Shown here: positions 8,117 to 15,797 of the stretch, in pieces
Layout: each line of letters begins with the position of its first letter
Numbering within the stretch: position 1 is the stretch's first letter
DNA from: Promethearchaeota archaeon
GTDB lineage: Archaea; Asgardarchaeota; Lokiarchaeia; Sigyniarchaeales; SOKP01
Length of the DNA: 42,029 nt
Assembly: GCA_019057865.1 (NCBI GenBank)
Contig: JAHLWP010000037.1
Span: forward strand, 1 to 42,029
Direction of reading: 5' to 3'
Program-made: the position numbers and the translations under genes
Notes under the pieces: model-generated
The model's input: the letters and a program-made list of their open reading frames with translations, nothing else
Told to the model about the DNA's origin: nothing
Databases searched by the model: none

Positions 8117-10419
8117 AGTTCCTTTAACCACTCTCTATAAACTTCTTTAAAATTATCTGCTAATTCAAATCTAGAATTAGTATGCCAAAACTTAAAGCTT
8201 AATACATGAAAAAGATCTCCCCCAAACAATTCTTTCTCTTCGCTTGTTAAATTGTGTTTTAAAATTAGAGTTAATGGTCTAGGGATCAATTTTGAAAAAT
8301 ATTTTAACTCCAACTCTTTAATATAATCATAAAAGTGGTCCTCACCATTTAGATTAAAAAAGTTGATAGGAACTTGCTCTTCAAATTGAGGGCTCAGTAT
8401 CTTTATTTCTTGTTTAATTTTATTATTAACATACTTCGGAAATTCAGTATTAATATTCATGCTTAAATTATATTGCTTATAAAATTCAATTAATAAATTC
8501 TTTTCCTCAATATTTGATATCCGAGCTATATACGTATCTAAAAATTTTAAAAAATTCTCAAGCTTTTGCTCATTTGATTCTCTATCTTCAAAATAGCTAA
8601 TAAAATCATTGTATATCTCATCTAAAGTCCATTCTTTTCTTTCTTCTAATTTAAAGAATTTTTTGGTGTAATCATTTAACCATTCTAAAATATAAGATTT
8701 CCAGGTTAAATTAATTCCTCCTAAACGTTTTTCTAAAAACCGATGAAATCTAGTAGCAAATGTAACTGGATCGGCTATCTCTTGATCAGGTTCCTCTTTT
8801 ATATACCTATTGATTGTTGTGTATCTAAGGATATAGCTTAATAGATAAGATAATTCACTCGAAAAAATCTTAAATTTCTCTATATGCTCTCTTATAATAT
8901 TAATATCTTTATCCATTTGTATTTCCGCAAAAGATACTAAATCTCCCATATCTAGTTTTATGTTATTGAAAAATGATTCAATATTTGTACTAATTAATCT
9001 CCTAAATTCTTTTATTATGATTTCTTCATTAAATTTAAGAACCCCCGATAAAACCATTGGATTAACTTCAATTTGGTTAAAAATATGATCTTTAAACTTT
9101 TCTATTAATTTCTGACCAAGAATTTTCGCTGGTTTTTGTTCGTTTTCAAATTTTTGCTTTAAACTTTTTGTTAATTCAATAATTAAGGATCTTAACCTCC
9201 TACGTGAAAGATATTTTGGAAGCGATGTTTTAACCAAATTAAGACTATTTTTAATAATTTCTGAAAAATAATTAAAAATAGAGCTTAAATCTATTGCTCT
9301 TAAGTTTGCTTGAGTAATTGTTGATTGATTAATTGATTTAATCGCTAAATTACAGATATCTTTAAAATCTTCATTTTCAAATTTAGCTTTATTTACAATG
9401 AATTGCTTATATTTTTTTAATAATTCAGGTAAATCTCCAATTTCTCCAGTTGTAAGAAAAGAGTTAGAATATTCAATAAATTTATTCAGGTATCTTTCTA
9501 AATCAATCAAAAATCTATTAATAAGGGAATTTAACGATTTTGCTGTGCAAGGATCTTTTAAGTTATGTGTTTTTTGCTTAATATAGTTAATAATAAACGA
9601 GATAACTCTATCTTGAGATTCGTCAATTGTACCAGTATTTGCTAAATTAATTAAATTTGCTCCTAACTTTAATGTTTTATCCACAATAAAATTAGCACTA
9701 GGTTCTGATATAGAATATTTAATATGTTCTATGGATTGTTGCCCCTCAAAAGGGCTTTTCAATCTCTCGAAAGTTGAATTGAAAAAGTTAATCTCATATG
9801 GTCGCTTGTGTAATAATATATCTACATCTGATTTGACTCTTGCATAAGTATTTAACATTTCTTTTTCTGTTGGAAGCGAAGCACTTAAACCAATTAACTT
9901 TTTATTCCATTTATCTTCAATTAATTCTCCAAAGAGTTTTTTGCTAAATCTAGTAGCAAATCTTTTATATACCTGTTGTTTATCGTCACTTTTTAATTCA
10001 GGGCGATCTGTAAATTCTTCTACTTCAAAAAATAATCTACTTATATTGTTTATAGCTTCACGGGATTTATGGGCATCCAAATATCCTGTTTCCGGTTTTA
10101 ATGCAAGCAATAAACTTTCACAGTCTTTATATTTACCGGGTATGAAAATCATTGATTTTGGGAAAATATTTATTCGAGCACTTTTTTCATCGAGATTATA
10201 CAACTCAAATTCGATACTAAAGACTTCTGAACCAGTATAATCTCTTAAAATTGCATTATACATTCTTAAGAATTTTATTACTTCCTGCGAAAGTTCATTC
10301 ACTCTTTCTCTAGTTAATTTTGCAGGACCAATTACATCTCCAACAATAATATCATTTGGAGAAGAATATCCAAATATTAGTGAAAATTGATAATTAATTG
10401 ATTCTCGTGTAGTAATCAT
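8113..10419 (-). CDS. Large alpha-helical hypothetical protein
   Basis: 768-aa ORF, first gene of a coupled pair; no motif recognised. Confidence 0.8.
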   Translation of the reverse strand: MITTRESINYQFSLIFGYSSPNDIIVGDVIGPAKLTRERVNELSQEVIKFLRMYNAILRDYTGSEVFSIEFELYNLDEKSARINIFPKSMIFIPGKYKDCESLLLALKPETGYLDAHKSREAINNISRLFFEVEEFTDRPELKSDDKQQVYKRFATRFSKKLFGELIEDKWNKKLIGLSASLPTEKEMLNTYARVKSDVDILLHKRPYEINFFNSTFERLKSPFEGQQSIEHIKYSISEPSANFIVDKTLKLGANLINLANTGTIDESQDRVISFIINYIKQKTHNLKDPCTAKSLNSLINRFLIDLERYLNKFIEYSNSFLTTGEIGDLPELLKKYKQFIVNKAKFENEDFKDICNLAIKSINQSTITQANLRAIDLSSIFNYFSEIIKNSLNLVKTSLPKYLSRRRLRSLIIELTKSLKQKFENEQKPAKILGQKLIEKFKDHIFNQIEVNPMVLSGVLKFNEEIIIKEFRRLISTNIESFFNNIKLDMGDLVSFAEIQMDKDINIIREHIEKFKIFSSELSYLLSYILRYTTINRYIKEEPDQEIADPVTFATRFHRFLEKRLGGINLTWKSYILEWLNDYTKKFFKLEERKEWTLDEIYNDFISYFEDRESNEQKLENFLKFLDTYIARISNIEEKNLLIEFYKQYNLSMNINTEFPKYVNNKIKQEIKILSPQFEEQVPINFFNLNGEDHFYDYIKELELKYFSKLIPRPLTLILKHNLTSEEKELFGGDLFHVLSFKFWHTNSRFELADNFKEVYREWLKEL

Positions 10420-10622
10420 AACCCAATTAAATTGAAAATCTTATATCTTTAATTATTAAATTATAACTATTCTAATTCTTGCTGAAATTGCTAAAAAATT
10501 TAGGAATTATTTTTAATATTTTTAAGTTTATATAATATTAAAATTTACTTTTGAATAGTAAATAAATTAATTTTATAAAAATTTATATTTAAAAGTCTAA
10601 TAAAGTAGTTAGATGGAAAAAT

Positions 10623-11288
10623 TTGTCAGAGATCCTTCTTAATCAACTCATAGAGAAATTGGACGAGGTACTCTTAGGAAGAAGAGATATTATATCTGAG
10701 ATTGAAAAATTAAAGGATGCAATAGAAAAGATTCAGAGTGAGAAAAAAGACAATACAGGAATTCAAATCACGAATACTGTAAATGAAATAAAAGTTTTTA
10801 TGTCGAAGTCCACCAATGTTTTATCTGAACTTAATAATAATATGAGAAATTTACAAAATTTAATAAATTCCCTCAATAATGTCTTTAATATAATTTTAAA
10901 TACAAAACAGATCCCCGAATCGTTTACAACTAGTTCAACAAAACCTCAAAAAAAAATAACTTCAACTAGATATGAAAACAATTTATCTGCTCCTATAAGA
11001 TCTCCAAGTGAATCAATAATAACAAGCGCTCCTGAAAAATCAATAGATATTATGGGAGATTCAGACTTTAATTTAATTATTTCTATAGCTAAATCAAATA
11101 ATCCGGCAGTTGAAATTGCGATAATGCTTGAAAAAATAAGAGCAAAATTAGAAAATGAAAATCCCTTAAACCCTATCTTATTTGAATTAAGCATGGAATC
11201 AAGGCGACTAAAATCATTAGGAAATACACCACTTGATGCATATAATTTACAAATTCTAATAGAGAAATTACAAAAATGGATTGGATAG
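10623..11288 (+). CDS. Hypothetical protein: N-terminal coiled coil, S/T/P-rich linker, helical C-terminal domain
   Basis: 221-aa ORF with TTG start and heptad pattern. Confidence 0.7.
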   Translation: MSEILLNQLIEKLDEVLLGRRDIISEIEKLKDAIEKIQSEKKDNTGIQITNTVNEIKVFMSKSTNVLSELNNNMRNLQNLINSLNNVFNIILNTKQIPESFTTSSTKPQKKITSTRYENNLSAPIRSPSESIITSAPEKSIDIMGDSDFNLIISIAKSNNPAVEIAIMLEKIRAKLENENPLNPILFELSMESRRLKSLGNTPLDAYNLQILIEKLQKWIG

Positions 11289-11408
11289 CAATTGAAAATT
11301 ATAGAATTTTATTTGAGTTAAAGAAAATAAATAAATAAATAGATTTTAATTAATTTAATATAAGTATAATCTAAAATTTTATATAAATTATCTAAAAGGT
11401 GTAGGCTT

Positions 11409-11813
11409 ATACAATTTGGATCTGATTTAGGTATTAACCATGAAGATATAGAAAAAATAAGTCCGCAAATCACATTTATAACATCTAATGCAGATATAGA
11501 AGCAATTGCACTTGTAAGCGTAGAAGGTTATCAAATAGCTTTCTCTGCTTTGCCCCAGTACCACGTAGATGGTGATCAATTTTGTGGACTTGCTAGTGCT
11601 TTATTAATGACTGGAAGATCAACAATTCAAACATTATTTCAAGAAGATATAACTGAAATAATTGTAAGGGCTGAGAATGGATATATAGTTGTTACTAATG
11701 CAGGACGCTTAGTAATTGTATGTGCGGGGACAATTATTGATACTCTAATGAAAACGGTGAAAGTTATGCGAATAGCAGCAAAGAATCTCTATAAAATTTT
11801 CGAAGGGCGCTAA
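11409..11813 (+). CDS. Roadblock/LC7 (MglB-like) protein; probable ATA start at 11409 (track start 11550)
   Basis: The frame upstream of 11550 encodes DIEAIALVSVEGYQIAFS (roadblock beta1-beta2); also EIIVRAENGYIVV; AGGTG at 11397-11401. Confidence 0.82.
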   Translation: MQFGSDLGINHEDIEKISPQITFITSNADIEAIALVSVEGYQIAFSALPQYHVDGDQFCGLASALLMTGRSTIQTLFQEDITEIIVRAENGYIVVTNAGRLVIVCAGTIIDTLMKTVKVMRIAAKNLYKIFEGR

Positions 11814-11962
11814 ATTATAAATTTCTCTTATTTTTAATCTTCATATTTCTGTGTATTTAGTTGGGCATGAAAGTATTTTATTGTCTTAATTTTATAGAAA
11901 GTACTTTTTAGATCAATTAACTTTTTATTTAATAATAAATAATTAAATCAATAATTTTTACT

Positions 11963-12034
11963 ATGATAATATGGTTTAATTTTATGGCAACTGGAAATTA
12001 TTATTTTTGGCAGTGGCCTTGGTCTTGGTTGTAA
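11963..12034 (+). CDS. Putative Trp-rich leader peptide MIIWFNFMATGNYYFWQWPWSWL (alternative start 11984)
   Basis: Five TGG codons, four of them alternating just before the stop, 154 nt upstream of trpB2. Confidence 0.75.
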   Translation: MIIWFNFMATGNYYFWQWPWSWL

Positions 12035-12096
12035 GACCCATTGTATTGCCTTAAACCATACCTTACTTTCTCTCTTTTCTTAATTTTCGTTTTTCT
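11970..12096 (+). promoter_or_regulatory. Candidate attenuator: nested leader hairpin plus pyrimidine tract
   Basis: TATGGTTTAA(11970-79)/TTAAACCATA(12051-60); GGCAA(11986-90)/TTGCC(12046-50); CAGTG(12011-15)/CATTG(12039-43); GGTCTT(12021-26)/AAGACC(12033-38); C/T tract 12061-12096. Confidence 0.65.
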
Positions 12097-12188
12097 AAAT
12101 TATCGAATACTCTATTTAAATGTGCATTAATTATTTTGATTTCCAATTTAGTAATGAGACACAAAAAATAAGTTGATAAAAAAAGGTA

Positions 12189-13598
12189 ATGAAAATGGTA
12201 AATTATAATAATTCAAGAATTCTATTACAACCCAATGAAATACCGAAGGAATGGGTAAATATCTTACCAGATTTACCCTCTCCTATGACGCCCTTAGTAA
12301 ATCCTATGGATGGGAAACCTGCTCCACCAGAACTAGCATTGGCGATATTTCCAAAAGAATGTGTCATGCAAGAAGTATCTCAAGAACCAATAATTCCCAT
12401 CCCTAAGGATCTAAGGGAAATTTTCGCAAGAACCTATAGACCAAGTCCTCTTCATCGAGCATTAGGATTAGAAAAAGAATTGGGAATAAAAGGTGATGAT
12501 ATTAAGATTTTTTATAAAAATGAATCTGGCTCACCTACAGGGTCCCATAAGCCGAATACAGCGATAACTCAAGCATATTATGCTAAAAAAGATGGAATTG
12601 AAGAATTGGTCACAGAAACAGGAGCAGGGCAATGGGGTTCAGGACTTTCTTATGGATGTAATTTATTTGGTATTAAATGTACAGTATATATGGTAAGAGT
12701 GAGTTTTTTACAAAAACCGGGGAGAAAGATATTGATGAAGTCCTTTAATGCTGAAGTTCATGCAAGTCCTTCGAGACATACCGAATCAGGCAAAAATTTC
12801 TTAGAAAAAGATCCAGAACATCCAGGTAGTTTAGGAATAGCTATATCTGAAGCATTGGAACATAGTTTAAGAAGTAATACAATTAGATATTCTCTTGGAA
12901 GTGTTGTAAATTTTGTTCTTTTACATCAGACAATTGTAGGACAAGAAACAAAAATTCAGTTAGCAAAAGTAGGTATTAATAAACCGGACATAATAATTGG
13001 TTGTATGGGAGGTGGTTCTAACTTTGCTGGATTAATGATTCCTTTTGCAAGAGATAAATTACATGGAGTTCTACCAGACGTAGAAATTATTGGAGTTGAG
13101 CCGCGAGCTTGTCCTAGTGTTTGTAAAGGTGAATATCGCTGGGATTTTGGAGATACTTCTATGAAAGGACCTATTGTAAAAATGCACACGTTAGGTCATT
13201 CGTTTGTTCCAAGCCCGATCCATGCAGGAGGATTAAGATATCATGGGATGGCACCTATAATTTCAATTTTGTATAATAATAAAGTTATATCCGCATCTAT
13301 GCATCATCAATCCGAAGTAATTAAATCCGGTCTTTTATTTTCAAATACTGAAGGAATACTTCCTGCCCCAGAAACTGCACATGCCGTAAAAGAAGCAATA
13401 GATCAAGCTTTAAAAGCCAAAGAAAATAATGAAAAGAAAACAATCGTCTTTAACTTTAGTGGTCATGGCTTTTTTGATTTATTAGCTTATAAATTGTATA
13501 TGACTGGTGATTTGGAAGATTATGAATTACCGACTGAAGAAATCCAAAAAGCATTATCATCAGGAGAAATGCCAAAAATTGATGAATCTCAATTTTAA
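12189..13598 (+). CDS. trpB: Tryptophan synthase beta chain, TrpB2 type (stand-alone)
   Basis: IPKEW.NILPDLP N-terminus, PLP lysine GSHKPNTA, TETGAGQWG, GGGSNFAG, IHAGGLRYHG, PAPETAHA, FNFSGHG. Confidence 0.95.
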   Translation: MKMVNYNNSRILLQPNEIPKEWVNILPDLPSPMTPLVNPMDGKPAPPELALAIFPKECVMQEVSQEPIIPIPKDLREIFARTYRPSPLHRALGLEKELGIKGDDIKIFYKNESGSPTGSHKPNTAITQAYYAKKDGIEELVTETGAGQWGSGLSYGCNLFGIKCTVYMVRVSFLQKPGRKILMKSFNAEVHASPSRHTESGKNFLEKDPEHPGSLGIAISEALEHSLRSNTIRYSLGSVVNFVLLHQTIVGQETKIQLAKVGINKPDIIIGCMGGGSNFAGLMIPFARDKLHGVLPDVEIIGVEPRACPSVCKGEYRWDFGDTSMKGPIVKMHTLGHSFVPSPIHAGGLRYHGMAPIISILYNNKVISASMHHQSEVIKSGLLFSNTEGILPAPETAHAVKEAIDQALKAKENNEKKTIVFNFSGHGFFDLLAYKLYMTGDLEDYELPTEEIQKALSSGEMPKIDESQF

Positions 13599-13708
13599 AT
13601 AATAATTTTTAATAAATTTTTTTCCTAAATAATCTAATTTTACTTTTAAAGAAAATCTTAAAAATGAAAGAATCCTTAAAATATTCAAATTTAAGAGATT
13701 GGTAATTT

Positions 13709-14716
13709 TTGAATGTCCTTTCAATAATAATTTTAAGTTTTTTCTATTTATACAGCCTAATTCTATTATACATAGCCTTTTTAGCAAAAAGCAAGGGAGA
13801 ACGAGGAGCATTTATTAATAATTTAGTAAATGCGTTAGTTTTGATAGTATCAATTACAATTAATTTAGGGATTATCTCTTTTTTAAATATCCCCCGCAAT
13901 GAATTTATTATATTTCCCTTTAATTTTTTGATGATAGCTTTTATTGTTATATTCTATCTAATATTTTCTATTTTTATTTTACGTGAGAAAAAAAAAGTTA
14001 TAGAGTGGAAAGAAATAGATGAAAAACCTACATCAAAACATTCTAAACAATTACCTTTAAAGTATGATATTTACAGAAAGTTAACCCATTTAGTTGTTCT
14101 AGGAATAATTTTTTCTTATTTTACACTTGACTTTTATATTAATCGAGATATAATGTTTTTTACTCAAAATTTAGTTGTTTTCTTGGTAGGAATCTCACTG
14201 ATAGGTTTATTGACTGCTGAAATTATAAGAATATTGAATCCAGAAATTTACCCTCTTAAACAGGTTAATCAAATATTACGAGAAAAGGAGTTGCATATGA
14301 GATTTGGACCTCATATTTCTATGAGTATTGGGTGCTTTTCAATAATTCTTTTATATGGGTTAATTCAACCAATAGGCCCAGTAGTGATCTGTACCGCTAT
14401 GACAATGGCAATTTTTGGAGATATAGCATCAAATTTAATTGGTAGAATAAAAGGAAAAACTATAATTCGCAATACAGATAAAACATATGAAGGATTATTT
14501 GCGGGGATGATAATATCATTTATTTCGGGTGTTATTATATTAATTTTATTGAGAAATTTTTATGATCCAAGCATTCTAGGGTTTTTTTTAATTCCAATAT
14601 TAGGAGCATTGATTATTGGGGGAATAGATTACTTAGATTTAGAAATTGATGATAATTTAACCTTTAATTTTATTTTATCAACAATTTTATTTTTTATTTC
14701 ATTTTTTGTTTTATAA
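13709..14716 (+). CDS. CTP-dependent polyprenol/diacylglycerol kinase family (SEC59/DGK1/VTE5-like) membrane protein
   Basis: RKLTHL, GD.AS.LIGR..G, KTYEG..AG and DDNL motifs; multiple TM segments. Confidence 0.8.
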   Translation: MNVLSIIILSFFYLYSLILLYIAFLAKSKGERGAFINNLVNALVLIVSITINLGIISFLNIPRNEFIIFPFNFLMIAFIVIFYLIFSIFILREKKKVIEWKEIDEKPTSKHSKQLPLKYDIYRKLTHLVVLGIIFSYFTLDFYINRDIMFFTQNLVVFLVGISLIGLLTAEIIRILNPEIYPLKQVNQILREKELHMRFGPHISMSIGCFSIILLYGLIQPIGPVVICTAMTMAIFGDIASNLIGRIKGKTIIRNTDKTYEGLFAGMIISFISGVIILILLRNFYDPSILGFFLIPILGALIIGGIDYLDLEIDDNLTFNFILSTILFFISFFVL

Positions 14717-14774
14717 GAGAAGTTTAAGTTAGTAAGAATTTACCATAAGTTTTTCAATAAGAATATTTTAACTA

Positions 14775-15284
14775 ATGAAAATGTTAGAAGAAAAATTAAA
14801 AATTGACAAAATCTCTAAAGGAACGGTAATTGATCATATTGATGCTGGTTATGCTCTAACCATACTTAATCTTACGGGATTAGATGAATCTAAGAATTTA
14901 ATGACAATAGGTGTTAATGTTTCTTCTAAAAAATACCAAACAAAAGATATTATTAAAATTGAGAATGTTTTTCTCAATGAAACTCAAATGCAACAAATTT
15001 CAATTCTCTCACCAAATGCAACAATTTCATTAATCGAAAATTATGAAGTAATTGAGAAGAAAAAAGTTAAAATCCCAAAAACAATTAAAAAATTGATTTT
15101 GTGTGTTAATCAAACATGTATTTCCAATTCAGGTGAGCCAATATCAACCGAGTTCACGGTTCTTGAAGAAAAGCCACTAAAAATTCAATGTGTATATTGT
15201 GAACGAATCTATAAATTAGAAGAAATAGTCTTTACTTCTAAGGAAAAAAAAGGAAAAAAAGTAAAGCAAAGGATTCAATTGTAA
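14775..15284 (+). CDS. pyrI: Aspartate carbamoyltransferase regulatory chain
   Basis: GTVIDHI.AG, KDIIKIE, P.ATIS.I.NYEV.EK, Zn ligands CVNQTC...CVYC. Confidence 0.95.
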   Translation: MKMLEEKLKIDKISKGTVIDHIDAGYALTILNLTGLDESKNLMTIGVNVSSKKYQTKDIIKIENVFLNETQMQQISILSPNATISLIENYEVIEKKKVKIPKTIKKLILCVNQTCISNSGEPISTEFTVLEEKPLKIQCVYCERIYKLEEIVFTSKEKKGKKVKQRIQL

Positions 15285-15301
15285 TAAATCCTTAAATCCA
15301 C

Positions 15302-15742
15302 CTATAAAAATAATTCAAGGATTGATGAAAAATCAGGAATAAACTTAAGTGTTGTATGAATAACTACTCCAACTATCATAAATAAAAAGAAAAATATGCC
15401 TATTCCTGGCATTAAAATATTTTTCCAAGCCCATTCCTCCTTATCATATTCATATTTTAATATAATAAAGCTAACAATAAAAGGAAATAAAAGCCACCAA
15501 AATAGCATCCAAAAAAATAAAAACCATCCTATTAATCCAAATAATAGTCTTCCTATTAATGCACTTAAAGCACCTGTTGCTGCTCGTATCCAATATAATT
15601 TTGTTTCTTTTTCAAGTCGTAGATCAAAAGGTTTTGTAGTTGTTTTCTTTGGAATAACTTCTTGTTTCTGTAATTCTTTCTTCTTCTCTTTTATTAATTT
15701 CTTCCTTTTCTTTCTAATATCGACTTTTTTTTGTCTAGCCAT
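15302..15742 (-). CDS. EMC6-like three-TM membrane protein; probable start 15742 (MARQKK)
   Basis: LYWIRAATGALSALIGRLLFGLIGW resembles EMC6 TM1-TM2; C-terminal TM GIGIFFFLFMIVGVVIHT. Confidence 0.65.
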   Translation of the reverse strand: MARQKKVDIRKKRKKLIKEKKKELQKQEVIPKKTTTKPFDLRLEKETKLYWIRAATGALSALIGRLLFGLIGWFLFFWMLFWWLLFPFIVSFIILKYEYDKEEWAWKNILMPGIGIFFFLFMIVGVVIHTTLKFIPDFSSILELFL

Positions 15743-15797
15743 GTCATTAATATAAATAATTATTATTATAAAAATCATTATATATAATAATAAACAA

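Noticed and set aside
11867-11911. Short ORF MKVFYCLNFIESTF upstream of the trp leader
   Set aside because: No codon enrichment or SD, and such an ORF is expected by chance.
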